Shown: positions 37,501 through 47,774, counted from the stretch's first letter. The stretch is 64,000 nt of DNA from Myxococcota bacterium (GCA_040386535.1 JAZKFH010000042.1:128001-192000), one strand, 5' to 3'. Numbers and translations: made by a program. The notes: generated by a model from the letters alone, not told the origin.

Positions 37501-37715
37501 TGTTGTTCAAGGCGCACAACCTGCTCGGCGCCATCGCCGCCCTCCTCGTGGGCTTCATGGTGCTCACGGGGTGGGCGCCCGCGTCGGCCCCCCGCGGCAA
37601 GGTCCCCGAGAGCGTGCGCGCCAACCCCGGCTCGTACCGCCCGGTGTACATCCCGACCTACCGGGGCGGCTCCTCCGGGGGCGGCAGCGGCGGCGGGTGG
37701 AGCGGCGGAAAGTAG
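37500..37715 (+). CDS. Small membrane protein with Gly-rich GGK tail
   Basis: MLFKAHNLLG...VPESVRANPGSYRP...GGWSGGK; ATG overlaps upstream TGA. Confidence 0.7.
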   Translation: MLFKAHNLLGAIAALLVGFMVLTGWAPASAPRGKVPESVRANPGSYRPVYIPTYRGGSSGGGSGGGWSGGK

Positions 37716-37765
37716 GCGATTTGGTTTTTTGATCCTGGCACGCAGCCCGGCCCCGGAGATCCCCC

Positions 37766-37984
37766 TTGGACCACAACCCCCTCGATCCCACCCTGCTCGG
37801 CGCCACGCTGCTCTACACGGGCGTCGGGGTGGTCGTGTTCCTCATCGCGTTCTGGATCATGGCCAAGGTGGCGCCGTTCTCCATCCACAAGGAGATCGAG
37901 GAGGACCAGAACGTCGCCCTCGGCATCGTGCTCGGCTCCGTCGTGATCGGCCTCGCGCTCATCATCGCGGCCGCGATCGGATGA
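37766..37984 (+). CDS. DUF350 membrane protein
   Basis: PFSIHKEIEEDQNVALGIVLGSVVIGLALIIAAAIG. Confidence 0.88.
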   Translation: MDHNPLDPTLLGATLLYTGVGVVVFLIAFWIMAKVAPFSIHKEIEEDQNVALGIVLGSVVIGLALIIAAAIG

Positions 37985-37991
37985 CCCGCCG

Positions 37992-39536
37992 GTGACCCAG
38001 GCGGAGCTCTCCGGCACCGGACGAACCGCGGTGCCCTCGGCGCGCGTGCTCTTCCTCTCGACGATCCTCATCGCCACGTGTGGGCTCGTGTACGAGCTGG
38101 TCGCAGGGGCGCTTGCGTCGTATCTGCTCGGCGACTCGGTCTTCCAGTTCAGCACCATCATCGGCGCGTACCTCACCGCGATGGGCATCGGCTCGTGGCT
38201 GTCGCGTTACCTCGAGCGCGATCTGGTCGCGCGGTTCGTCGAGGTCGAGATCGCCGTCGCCCTGATCGGGGGCTTCGAAGCGCCGATCCTGTTCGCGGGG
38301 TTCACCTACACCCCCGGCTTCCGCGCCGTGCTCTACATCGTGGTGGCGCTGGTCGGCATCGGGGTCGGCCTCGAGCTGCCTTTGCTCATCCGCATCCTCG
38401 AGTCGCGCACCTCGCTCAAGGAGCTCGTCGCAAGGGTCCTGGCGCTCGACTACGTCGGGGCGCTCGTCGCCTCCTTGCTCTTTCCGCTGTTCTTCCTGCC
38501 GATGGTGGGGCTGCTGCGCACGTCGCTCGTGCTCGGCCTCGTCAACGCGCTCGTGGCGTTCTGGACAACGTTCCTGTTCGACGCCCCCGCGCACGTGCTC
38601 ACCCGGCTCCGGCTGTTCGCCGGCGGCGCCGTGGTCGTGCTCGCCCTGGGCCTGGGGCTCGCGGGAGAGGCGGAGAAGCGGATGGAGGCGGATCTGTTCG
38701 CCGACCCCGTGGTCCTGTCGATCCAGACCTCGTACCAGCGCCTCGTCGTCACGCACGCGGGCGGCGATACGCGGCTGTTCATCGACGGCGCGCTGCAGTT
38801 CAGCTCGGTCGACGAGTACCGCTACCACGAGGCGCTGGTGCACCCGCCGATGGCGGCGGTGGCGAGCCCGAAGCGCGTGCTCGTGATGGGCGGCGGCGAC
38901 GGCCTCGCCGTGCGCGAGGTGCTGCGCCACCCCGAGGTCACCTCCGTGGTCCTGGTCGACCTCGACCCCGAGATGACGCGCCTGTTCACCGAGCGCAGCG
39001 ACCTGGCCGCGCTCAACGGCGCCTCCCTCTCGGACCCGCGCGTGACCGTCGTGAACACCGACGCGTTCGGCTGGGTGCGCCACTACGCGGGCGAGCCGTT
39101 CGACGTCGTCATCTCCGACTTCCCGGACCCCAACAACTTCGGCCTCGGCAAGCTCTACTCGGTCACCTTCTACCGCCTGCTCACCCGCGTCCTGGCGCCG
39201 GGCGCCGCGGTGTCGGTGCAGGCCACCTCGCCGCTGTTCTCGCCGCAGGCGTACGGATGCATCGTCGAGACGATGCGCGAGGCGGGGCTGGCCGTGCGCC
39301 CGTACCACGCGTACGTGCCCGCGTTCGGCGAGTGGGGGTTCGTGCTCGCCGGCATCACGCCGATCGAGACGTTCCGTCCCCTCCCCCCGGGCCTGCGTTT
39401 TCTCGACGCGGACACACTCGCGACGCTGTTCCACTTCCCCATCGATCTGACGCCGCACACCGACGTGGTCAACCGCCTCGACAACCAGCTGCTCGTGCGC
39501 CTGTACGCCGAGGACTGGCGGGAGATGGCGCGGTAG
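37992..39536 (+). CDS. speE: Membrane-bound polyamine aminopropyltransferase (spermidine synthase)
   Basis: N-terminal TM bundle (CGLVYEL, LALDYVGAL); TSYQ, DEYRYHEALVHP, VLVMGGGDG, VDLDP, DFPDP, FGEWGF. Confidence 0.92.
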   Translation: MTQAELSGTGRTAVPSARVLFLSTILIATCGLVYELVAGALASYLLGDSVFQFSTIIGAYLTAMGIGSWLSRYLERDLVARFVEVEIAVALIGGFEAPILFAGFTYTPGFRAVLYIVVALVGIGVGLELPLLIRILESRTSLKELVARVLALDYVGALVASLLFPLFFLPMVGLLRTSLVLGLVNALVAFWTTFLFDAPAHVLTRLRLFAGGAVVVLALGLGLAGEAEKRMEADLFADPVVLSIQTSYQRLVVTHAGGDTRLFIDGALQFSSVDEYRYHEALVHPPMAAVASPKRVLVMGGGDGLAVREVLRHPEVTSVVLVDLDPEMTRLFTERSDLAALNGASLSDPRVTVVNTDAFGWVRHYAGEPFDVVISDFPDPNNFGLGKLYSVTFYRLLTRVLAPGAAVSVQATSPLFSPQAYGCIVETMREAGLAVRPYHAYVPAFGEWGFVLAGITPIETFRPLPPGLRFLDADTLATLFHFPIDLTPHTDVVNRLDNQLLVRLYAEDWREMAR

Positions 39537-39540
39537 GGTG

Positions 39541-41151
39541 TCACTGCGCCGCGTCGACCCCCACGCTCCTGTCGACGCGCCGTGTTCCCTCCCAAACGTC
39601 GGCGCGCAGAGTGACAGGCACCTCGCGGGTCCCAACTCGGAGCGTCGCGTCGCCTTCGTACCAGGTGAAGATCCGCGCCACGCCGGTGTCGTCGGCGGTG
39701 GCGCCGCGCGTGGCCATCCACGGGGCGTCGAGTGTCACGAGGGTGCCGGGGGTCAGGCCCCGCACGGTCACGACGGAGCTCGCGCGTCGTGACGCCAGCG
39801 TCCACGGGGTGGCGCCCAGCTTCGACGCCGCCTCGGCCCACGCGGTGCGCCACTCGGCCGTGTCTCCGGTCCGCGGCGGGGGATGGAACACGCCGCCGGG
39901 GCCGCCGGGGCCCACCGCCTCGACGAACGAGACGGCGGCCAGTGACGGGGGCGCGGGGTGCTGCTGGGCGGGGGCGCCGATCTCGGTGATCCACGTGGGC
40001 ACGGTGGAGCGCCGCTCGTGCCGGCCGTCGATGACCGCGCTGGCGAGATCGAGGCCGAGGATCGGCCGCCGGAGCGGATCCTCGTGCAGATCGCCACACG
40101 TGAGCGTGCGGAGGTGGTCAGTGCCCTCACACACCCACGCGAGCAGGGCCGGGCGCGCGGCCGAGGCCGCGAGCAGGCGGAGGTCCTGGGCGCGCAGCTC
40201 GTTCGCCAACATTTGCCACGTGCGCTGGACGTCACGCCCGCCGGCCCACAACTTGCCGTCACACCGGGGCACCTGGACCACGGGCAGGCCCCACTCGTCG
40301 AGCCGGGCGTACCAGTCGCCGTTCGCGATGGTGCCGTGCAGCTCCAGCGCGTTGGCGCCGGCCTCGGCCACGCTCGCGGCGACCAGGGCGGGATCCTCGT
40401 TGGGGTAGGCGCGCAAGGCCAGGAGCGGGCTGGGCGCGCCGTCGAGGACGAGCCGGCCCGCCGCGAGCCCAGCGTCGCGAAATCCGAATCGTTCGGAGCG
40501 CACGTCCAGCACGGCGCCGGCCGCGTCTCGGAGCACCGCGGTGGCCACGTACAGCTGGGGTTCCCCGATCGCCCAGCGGCCGCCAGTCCAGCGTTTCGGT
40601 GGCAACGCCGCCCCGACGGCGACGGGCTCCCACGCGGCCGCCACGCGCCCGTCCCGGCTCACGGCAAGCTCGACGCTGGCGCCGTCCGGTGCGCCGGTGG
40701 CGGTCACGATCGGCGCGAGCGCGCCGTCCACGAGCGGCACGGCGAGCGATCCCAGGCGCGCGGCGCCACGGAGGCGAAGCTCGAGGCGGCCCGCCTGGGG
40801 CGCGGTGTTCTTGTTGGGGAGGGTCAGGACGGGCGTCTCATCCGTCGGGAGGGAGACGGACACGGTGAGCGTGTGATCGCCCGCGGCGAGCGCGGGGAGC
40901 GGCACGTCGAGGGGCGCGTAGCCGGGGAAGACCGGGCCGATCGGCGCGCCGTCGAGCGTCAGATCGACCCGCCACCACGCGCCGTCCACCCACAACGTCG
41001 TGCCGGGCGGCGCGTCCGCGTCGAGGTGGAAGCGGGCCGTGCCCCGCGGGATCACGCCGTCGGTCCAGCGCACGGCGAGCGCGACGTCCACTCCCGGCCC
41101 CGGCGGGGGCGGCGGCGGGCCACAGGCGACGAGAAGGAGGAGGAGGAGCAC
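39541..41151 (-). CDS. Glycoside hydrolase family 2-like lipoprotein (degenerate)
   Basis: RW..GEPQLY, RFGFR, GANAL, DEWGLPV, WITEIG; lipobox LLLLVAC; canonical NE acid/base motif not obvious. Confidence 0.55.
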   Translation of the reverse strand: MLLLLLLVACGPPPPPPGPGVDVALAVRWTDGVIPRGTARFHLDADAPPGTTLWVDGAWWRVDLTLDGAPIGPVFPGYAPLDVPLPALAAGDHTLTVSVSLPTDETPVLTLPNKNTAPQAGRLELRLRGAARLGSLAVPLVDGALAPIVTATGAPDGASVELAVSRDGRVAAAWEPVAVGAALPPKRWTGGRWAIGEPQLYVATAVLRDAAGAVLDVRSERFGFRDAGLAAGRLVLDGAPSPLLALRAYPNEDPALVAASVAEAGANALELHGTIANGDWYARLDEWGLPVVQVPRCDGKLWAGGRDVQRTWQMLANELRAQDLRLLAASAARPALLAWVCEGTDHLRTLTCGDLHEDPLRRPILGLDLASAVIDGRHERRSTVPTWITEIGAPAQQHPAPPSLAAVSFVEAVGPGGPGGVFHPPPRTGDTAEWRTAWAEAASKLGATPWTLASRRASSVVTVRGLTPGTLVTLDAPWMATRGATADDTGVARIFTWYEGDATLRVGTREVPVTLRADVWEGTRRVDRSVGVDAAQ

Positions 41152-41236
41152 GCGGCATCGTAGATCAGGAACCATCCTCGATCAGGAGGAGGTCCCGGAT
41201 CCCGGCGCCACCCTCCGCGGCCCGCTACACTGGCCC

Positions 41237-42712
41237 ATGCGCTCCGTCCTCGGCCTCGCCCTGCTCGCCGCCTGCAACCCCGACGAGCGGGTCGAGCGCG
41301 CCACCTCCCACTTCGACCCGGCGTCGGGCACCACCCTCACCACCGACGATGCCGCGGTGAACGTGGTCGGGTTGGACGACACGGAGGTGTGCTACTCGGT
41401 CGACGGCGGGGATCCCGGCTACGGCGCGGCGTGTCTGGGCACCCTCGATGCCACCCGGCGCATCCCGCTGACGTGTGGCTTCCACGTCGTGAACATCCGC
41501 TGGGGCGAGGGCGACGACGCGCTGGAGGAGGCCTCCTACCTCGTGGATGCGCCCTCGTGTGTCGATGTCGTCGGGCCGGTCAGCTTGTGGCAGAACGACG
41601 AGCTGGTCCGCGCGTTCGTCGCCATCAAGGACGATCTCCAATGCCAGATGAACGACTGTGAGAACCCCGGCGGCACCGGCGAGTGGACGACCAACTGTGG
41701 CGGGGGCCGGGTTGATTGGGAGGTGAGCCTCAGCGGCCTGAACGCCATCAGCGTGTTCACCTACGAGGATTGCCATGCGACCACGACCGTAGAGGTGCAC
41801 GACCCCGCGGATCCCTACTGGCTGGACGCCGCGGCCGTGTTGCCGTTGGAGATCGCGCTGGTGCTCGACGGCGAGATCCGGCAGGACACGGATTTTGATG
41901 GCAACGGCGAGGAGGCCGGCACCGTCACGATCACCGGCGACTTCACGGGGCGGGTCGAATCGGTCATCACCATCACCGACGCGGCGCGTGGCGGGGGCTG
42001 GTTCGAGGCGGGGTGTGCCACGGGGCCCGTGCCCGGCGAGGTCTGCGCGCCGGGCGAGGCGATGATCCGCTACGACTACCCCGACTGGAGCTGCCACGGC
42101 GCCATCTGTCCGGAGCCCGGCGATCCCCCCGTGGAGGGCCCCGATCGCGACGGGGACGGCATCGGGGACGATGACGACGTGTGCCCGGACGTGATCGATC
42201 CGTACCAGGACGACCGCGATCTGGACGGCCTCGGAGACGCGTGTGACGACGCGCCCGGCTTCTACCTCCTCCAATTCAAGAACGGCGAGCGGTGTGTCGT
42301 CTCCGAGAGCGGCGGCGAGGTCTCCTCGACCGAGTCGTGCATCGCCACCGACCCGAGCCAGCAGTGGGAGGTCCTCGAGCTGTCGGGGTACACCACCTTC
42401 CGCAGCGTCGCGACCGGCGGATGCTTGTCCCACACCGACTCCTGGATCGGCCCGTGGACCGTCGTGACCGCCACGTGTGACGAGAGCGACACCTTCCAAC
42501 AGTGGGACGTGCAGGCCTACGATCAAGGCGGCGCCGACGCCCAGTGGCCCGCCCGCCTCCACGCGGTGTCCGACGACTTCTGCGCCTACACCGACTTCAC
42601 CGGCAACATCTACGGCACCATCGGCAACTGTGACCTCTCGGGCACCGACGCCGGCCGCAAGGTGGGGATCTACGCGTACGGCGACCTCACCGGGGCGCCT
42701 CTCGCGCCCTGA
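41237..42712 (+). CDS. Lipoprotein with thrombospondin type-3 repeats and ricin-B lectin domain
   Basis: Lipobox ALLAAC; DRDGDGIGDDDDVCP...DGLGDACD; QQW repeats with CL motifs. Confidence 0.75.
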   Translation: MRSVLGLALLAACNPDERVERATSHFDPASGTTLTTDDAAVNVVGLDDTEVCYSVDGGDPGYGAACLGTLDATRRIPLTCGFHVVNIRWGEGDDALEEASYLVDAPSCVDVVGPVSLWQNDELVRAFVAIKDDLQCQMNDCENPGGTGEWTTNCGGGRVDWEVSLSGLNAISVFTYEDCHATTTVEVHDPADPYWLDAAAVLPLEIALVLDGEIRQDTDFDGNGEEAGTVTITGDFTGRVESVITITDAARGGGWFEAGCATGPVPGEVCAPGEAMIRYDYPDWSCHGAICPEPGDPPVEGPDRDGDGIGDDDDVCPDVIDPYQDDRDLDGLGDACDDAPGFYLLQFKNGERCVVSESGGEVSSTESCIATDPSQQWEVLELSGYTTFRSVATGGCLSHTDSWIGPWTVVTATCDESDTFQQWDVQAYDQGGADAQWPARLHAVSDDFCAYTDFTGNIYGTIGNCDLSGTDAGRKVGIYAYGDLTGAPLAP

Positions 42713-42713
42713 A

Positions 42714-43433
42714 TCACCCCGACGCCTCCACGACCAACTCCCGCGCCTTCGCCGCCCGCTTCGCGGACAGCTCCACGCCCACCGCGTCGAGCCCGTGGCG
42801 GTTGGCGACCGCCAGGATCGTCCCCAATCCACAGAACGGGTCCACGACGGTGTGACACCGGGTGTCCCGGACGAGGAACTTCACCACGGCCTCGCACGCC
42901 TCCGCGCCCATCGCCCGCGGCCACGGCATCTCCCCCAGGCGTGGCACCACGTCGGCGGAGGATTGGCCCGGGGTGAGGCGCAAGGCGCGGCTGAAGCAGA
43001 GGATGTGCGCGTAGCCGGGGCGCCCGAAGGTGGGCTGCCCCGGGGGCGCGCGACAGACGACCTTGTGCCACAACAGGGCGCTCCCAGCGTCCTCCGCGCC
43101 GCGGGAGACGAGGTATCCCTTGTCGATCCAGCAACCATCGTGCTTCACGTCGGTCTGGTAGAAGATGGCGACGCCCTGGTCGGACACCTGGCGGCAGGCG
43201 AGCGCCGCGGTCTCGATGAACCAGGATCGCCAGCCCGCGAAGCCGAGCCGAGGCAGCTCCGAGTGGTCGGGGAGCGAGGTCACCAGCGCGTGGCCCTCGG
43301 GGAGGGCGGCGTTCTGGAGCCACGCCACGCCGTCGGCGTGGTGGATGGTGCGTGAAGGCGTCGTGGTCCACCCGGGAGGGGGTGGCGGGTAACACGGGGC
43401 GCCCAACGGATCCTTGGCGTTCTCATGCGTCAC
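42714..43433 (-). CDS. SAM-dependent methyltransferase with DNA amino-MTase-like motif order
   Basis: IHHADG..WL, LVTSLPD (motif IV-like), VVDPFCGLGT...AVGVEL (motif I). Start uncertain. Confidence 0.7.
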   Translation of the reverse strand: MTHENAKDPLGAPCYPPPPPGWTTTPSRTIHHADGVAWLQNAALPEGHALVTSLPDHSELPRLGFAGWRSWFIETAALACRQVSDQGVAIFYQTDVKHDGCWIDKGYLVSRGAEDAGSALLWHKVVCRAPPGQPTFGRPGYAHILCFSRALRLTPGQSSADVVPRLGEMPWPRAMGAEACEAVVKFLVRDTRCHTVVDPFCGLGTILAVANRHGLDAVGVELSAKRAAKARELVVEASG

Positions 43434-43505
43434 GTCCCGTCACCGTGACGAGATCTACCGCCGAGAATGAGTCAATTACGCGCTCGACGCACCACCGGAG
43501 TCCTC

Positions 43506-44900
43506 GTGAACCAACGGCACCTCGCCCGCAACATCCTGCTCTGCACCCTCCTCCTCGCCGGGTGCGCCGGCGCCGACAAGGACGACACGTCGAACCCCGA
43601 CGACACGGCCGACACGGACACCGACACCGACTCCGACGACACCCTCGCCCCCGCGGCCCTCTCCTCCAACCCAGCCGACGGGTCGGTCGATGTCGCGCTC
43701 AACCGGACGGTCAGCGTCACCTTCAGCGAGGCACTCGATCCGGCCAGCGTCAGCCCCACGACGTTCATCCTCACGGCGGGCGGCACGCCGGTCGACGGCA
43801 CCGTGTCCCTGGCCGGGGTCACCGCCACGTTCACCCCGACGAACATCCTCGAGATCTCGACGATGTACGACGCCGAGGTGACGACGGGCGTGACCGACCT
43901 CGCGGGGAACCCGCTCGTCGCGGCGTACTCCTGGAGCTTCACGAGCGGCGAGACCGTCGACAACACGGCGCCCACCGTGCTCTCCACCTCCCCCTCCAAC
44001 TACGCGACCGACGTGGCCGTCACCCGCGCCGTGCGCGCCTACTTCAGCGAGGCCCCCGACCCCGCCACGATCAACGCCACGACCTTCAGCGTGATGATGG
44101 GCACCGATCCGGTCTCGGGCACCTTCGCCATCGACGGTGCCACCGTCACGTTCACGCCCTCGTCCGACCTCATCGACGCCACGCTGTACGACGCGGTCGT
44201 CTCCGACGCGGTCCTGGACCTCGCCGGCAACGCGATGGCCGAGCCCTTCGCGTGGAGCTTCACCACCGGCCAGGCCGCCGCGGCGCCCGGCAGCGTGGAC
44301 CTGCAGTCGGCAGCCGACTTCGCGGTGCTCGCGGGCTCGACCGTCACCAGCACCGGCCTCACCGAGATCCTCGGCAACCTCGGCGTGAGCCCGGGCACCG
44401 CGGTCGACGGCTTTCCGCCCGGCATCGTGGTCGGCAGCGTGCATGCGGGCAACCCGGCCGCGGCGCTCGCCCAGCTCGACCTGACCACCGCCTACAACGA
44501 CGCCGCGGGGCGCTCCACCGCGCCCATCTCCGTCTCCGGCAACCTCGGCGGGCAGACCCTCGCGCCCGGCCTGTACGTCTCGGGCTCGTCGCTCGAGATC
44601 TCCGACGGCGACCTGACGCTCGATGGCGGCGGGAACGAGAACGCGGTGTGGATCTTCCAGATGCCGTCCAGCCTCACCACGACGGAGGGCCGCCAGGTGA
44701 TCCTCATCGGCAGCGCCAAGGCCTCCAACGTGTATTGGCAGGTCGGCTCCTCGGCGACGCTGGGCACCACCTCCGTGATGGTCGGCAACATCCTGGCCGA
44801 CCAGTCGATCACGCTCGAGACCGGCGCCACGCTCAACGGTCGCGCCCTCACGCGCATCGGCGCCGTGGCGCTCGACTCGAACGTGATCCAGCTGCCGTAG
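43506..44900 (+). CDS. Ice-binding-like (DUF3494) lipoprotein with two bacterial Ig-like domains
   Basis: Lipobox LLLAGC; two TFSE/YFSE..D...DLAGN..WSFT Ig repeats; FAVLAGSTVT, DLTTAYNDAAGR, LGGQTLAPGLY, WIFQ, NVYWQVGSSATLG, GNILA..SITL...LNGRAL. Confidence 0.9.
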   Translation: MNQRHLARNILLCTLLLAGCAGADKDDTSNPDDTADTDTDTDSDDTLAPAALSSNPADGSVDVALNRTVSVTFSEALDPASVSPTTFILTAGGTPVDGTVSLAGVTATFTPTNILEISTMYDAEVTTGVTDLAGNPLVAAYSWSFTSGETVDNTAPTVLSTSPSNYATDVAVTRAVRAYFSEAPDPATINATTFSVMMGTDPVSGTFAIDGATVTFTPSSDLIDATLYDAVVSDAVLDLAGNAMAEPFAWSFTTGQAAAAPGSVDLQSAADFAVLAGSTVTSTGLTEILGNLGVSPGTAVDGFPPGIVVGSVHAGNPAAALAQLDLTTAYNDAAGRSTAPISVSGNLGGQTLAPGLYVSGSSLEISDGDLTLDGGGNENAVWIFQMPSSLTTTEGRQVILIGSAKASNVYWQVGSSATLGTTSVMVGNILADQSITLETGATLNGRALTRIGAVALDSNVIQLP

Positions 44901-44981
44901 CGGGCTGTTTCGAGGGGGCGCGGCAGCGCGCCCCGTGACCTGGCCGGGGCTCCGTGGAATAGTCGCCACCCGGAGCCCCCC

Positions 44982-46517
44982 ATGCGCCTCGTCCGACCCA
45001 CCACCCTGCTCGCGGCCGCCATGGCGTTCGGCTGCGACCAAGCCTCCGAGACGGCGCCCACCCCGGTCGTGGTCGCCACCCCCGCGCCCAGCGGCGAACG
45101 TCCCAACTTCCTCGTCCTCGCGCCCGACACCCTCCGTGGGGACCGGGTCGGCGCCACGCGGAACGGCTCGCCGGTGATGCCGAACGTCGACGCGCTGGCG
45201 GCGCGCGGCGTGACGTTCACCCACGTCTACAGCCAGTCCGGGTGGACCCTCCCCGCGCTCGCCTCCCTGCTCTCCGGCCGCTACCCCCTGGTGGGCACCC
45301 AACAGGGCGGCAACCCCGCGGGCTATCTCCGCGCGGACCTCGCGACGATTCCGGAGCAATTCGCGGCCGCCGGCTACGACACCGCCGTCTTCTGGGGCGC
45401 CGGCATCAGCGACGCCGCGCCCGAGTTCTCGCGCGGGTTCGCTCACGTGGGGCGCGACGTGGGCTCCGACTACGCGCAGGCCGTCCTCGCGTGGCTCGAC
45501 ACCCGCACGGGCGCCGCCGACAAGCCGTTCTTCGCGCTCGTCCACAACGTCGACCTCCAATTCCCCCTCGCGCCGGCCCCGGGCGATGCGCTGCTCGCCA
45601 CCGCCCACCCCGCCGCGGACCGTGGCATGGACCCCGTGCTCGCCGCGCTCTCGGCCACGGCGGGGCGCGACGCGGCGGCGGCCTCGCTGGTCGCGGCCTA
45701 TGACGCCACGGTCACGCGTTACGACGCCGCCATCGGTCGCATGGTGGCGGGGCTCGCCCCGCGGGGCGTCGCGGACGACACCGTGGTCATCGTGACCTCG
45801 AACCACGGCATCGAGCTCGGGGAGCGCGGGAGCTTCTTCCACGGCACGGTCTCCGACACGAACCTGCACGTGCCGCTGGTGGTGATGGATCCCGCGGCGC
45901 GCGGGCCGGGGCGCCGCATCGACACGCTCGTGCAGACCGTGGATCTCGCGCCCACGTTGCTCCTCCGCGCGGGGCTCACGACAGGCCCGGAGCTCGTGGG
46001 GCAATCGCTGCTGCCGCTCTTCCGGGATCCACCCGCCGGAAACGGCGCCGCCTATGTCGAGCGCGACGTTTTCAGCTTCAACAGCGCCAGCCTCGTGTCC
46101 CTGCGCACCCGCACGCACAAGCTCGTGCGCATGAACGACCTGCGCGGCGGCGGCGGCGTGCGCACGCAGCTGTTCGACCTGGCCGCCGATCCGTCGGAGC
46201 GCACCGAGCTTCGCGACCCCGCCGCCGGCACCGAGACGCTCGCGCCCCGCTTGGAGGCCTGGCTGGCCGAACGTGTCGCGGAGACCGCCGGAACGCCGGC
46301 GGCCGACAATCCAAAGCTGAAGCAGGCGCTCCAGGAGGAGGGCTACTGGGGCGTCGCGACCGGGCAGGAGCAGGGCACCGGCGGGAAGAAGCCGGGCACC
46401 GGCGGGAAGAAGCCGGGCACGGGCGGGAAGGAGCCGGGCACGGGCGGGAAGATGGGGCCCCCCGACCAGGGTGGCATCCCCGGCCAGCCGCCTCCCGGCG
46501 CGCCGCCCAAGCGCTGA
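44982..46517 (+). CDS. Sulfatase-like (alkaline phosphatase superfamily) lipoprotein
   Basis: PNFLV..DTLRGD, WTLPALASLLSGRYP, TSNHG, HVPL, DLAPTLL, LFDLAADPSE; C-terminal GTGGKKP repeats. Confidence 0.8.
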   Translation: MRLVRPTTLLAAAMAFGCDQASETAPTPVVVATPAPSGERPNFLVLAPDTLRGDRVGATRNGSPVMPNVDALAARGVTFTHVYSQSGWTLPALASLLSGRYPLVGTQQGGNPAGYLRADLATIPEQFAAAGYDTAVFWGAGISDAAPEFSRGFAHVGRDVGSDYAQAVLAWLDTRTGAADKPFFALVHNVDLQFPLAPAPGDALLATAHPAADRGMDPVLAALSATAGRDAAAASLVAAYDATVTRYDAAIGRMVAGLAPRGVADDTVVIVTSNHGIELGERGSFFHGTVSDTNLHVPLVVMDPAARGPGRRIDTLVQTVDLAPTLLLRAGLTTGPELVGQSLLPLFRDPPAGNGAAYVERDVFSFNSASLVSLRTRTHKLVRMNDLRGGGGVRTQLFDLAADPSERTELRDPAAGTETLAPRLEAWLAERVAETAGTPAADNPKLKQALQEEGYWGVATGQEQGTGGKKPGTGGKKPGTGGKEPGTGGKMGPPDQGGIPGQPPPGAPPKR

Positions 46518-46520
46518 GCG

Positions 46521-47774
46521 CTACGCCAGCACGCCGTCGATGGGATCCGCGTCGATCTGCTCGGCCGGATCGATCCCCGCGAGCGCGAGCAGCGTCGCGC
46601 CCAGGTTCTTCGTCCCGATCTGCGTGCCGGTGTCCGTGAGGTCACCCGTGGCGAAGTCGATCGGGCGGCTGGTGAAGAGCGCGTCGAAGCCGCCGACCAC
46701 CCGATCGCTTGCCAGGTTGGGCCCGACCAGGAGCGCGCTGGTGTGCGGCCAGTGGTCCTTGCCGGCGCCGCCGTTGAGGTTGGGCGTGCGGCCCATCTCG
46801 GAGAGCACCACCACCACGGTCTCGTGGGCGAGCGTGTCCGCGTGGGTGCCGGGGGCGTCGGAGAGGCGCACCATCAGGTCGTCCAAACCGGCGAACAGGT
46901 CCTCGAACATGGCCGATTGGAGCATGTCGTTCTCGGCGTGGCTGTCCCACTCCACGTAGTCGTGCGCGAGCGTGACACATCGGGTCAGGTCTTGCCGCAG
47001 CAGATCGACCGCGAGCGGCGTCTGGGAGGTCAGCCGCGTGTCCCCCGGCCAGGTCAGGTCCCCCGCGCGCGCCTTGAGCGTCGCCAGCCGCGCGAGCGAG
47101 CCCTCGTGGGCCTCGGTCAACACGCGCTCCCGGGCGGTCACGGCTCGTCCCCGTCGGCTCGCGGAGAAGTTCGCCACCGCCGCGTCCATCGCCGCGCTGC
47201 CCCCCGCGGAGAAGCGGCGGATGGCTGCGTCGTCCGCGGCGAGGACGCTCCCGTCCAACACCTGCTCCACTCCGGCGGTCGAGCCCACGCGGGTCACGAA
47301 ACCGCCCAACGTGCCAGGAAAATTGGGGCCGTTCACCACCACGTGCGGCAGCGCGTAGCGGTTGGCCGCGGCCCCGGCGATGCGGGCGGGCCAGTCCGCG
47401 TCCGTGACGATGTTGGATCCGCGCAACATCAGGTTCAGGCACTCGACGTGCCCGAGCGAGGGGACCACGATGCCGTCGAGCACCAACGCCCGCTGGTGCC
47501 AGCTCTCGAAGAACGAGCGAACGGACGCGCGGCGCGGATGGTCCACGAAGCGGATGCCACCGATCACGGCCTCCTCCGCGTCCGCCTCCATGTCCACGGC
47601 CGGATTGTCGAACTCGGGCGCGAACACCCGCGTGACATCCCAGCCGCGGAACACCATGACGAACACGAACTTCAGGTCCTCCGGCGCCACGGACGCGCGC
47701 GCGCGGCGGGGCACCAACGAGGATGCGGCGGCCAGGGCGGCCGTGCGGGTCAGGAGCGAGCGGCGGGTGAGCAT
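46521..47774 (-). CDS. DUF1501 family Tat-exported protein
   Basis: MLTRRSLL Tat signal; FVMVFRGWD, WDSH, SEMGRTP, GKDHWP. Confidence 0.85.
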   Translation of the reverse strand: MLTRRSLLTRTAALAAASSLVPRRARASVAPEDLKFVFVMVFRGWDVTRVFAPEFDNPAVDMEADAEEAVIGGIRFVDHPRRASVRSFFESWHQRALVLDGIVVPSLGHVECLNLMLRGSNIVTDADWPARIAGAAANRYALPHVVVNGPNFPGTLGGFVTRVGSTAGVEQVLDGSVLAADDAAIRRFSAGGSAAMDAAVANFSASRRGRAVTARERVLTEAHEGSLARLATLKARAGDLTWPGDTRLTSQTPLAVDLLRQDLTRCVTLAHDYVEWDSHAENDMLQSAMFEDLFAGLDDLMVRLSDAPGTHADTLAHETVVVVLSEMGRTPNLNGGAGKDHWPHTSALLVGPNLASDRVVGGFDALFTSRPIDFATGDLTDTGTQIGTKNLGATLLALAGIDPAEQIDADPIDGVLA

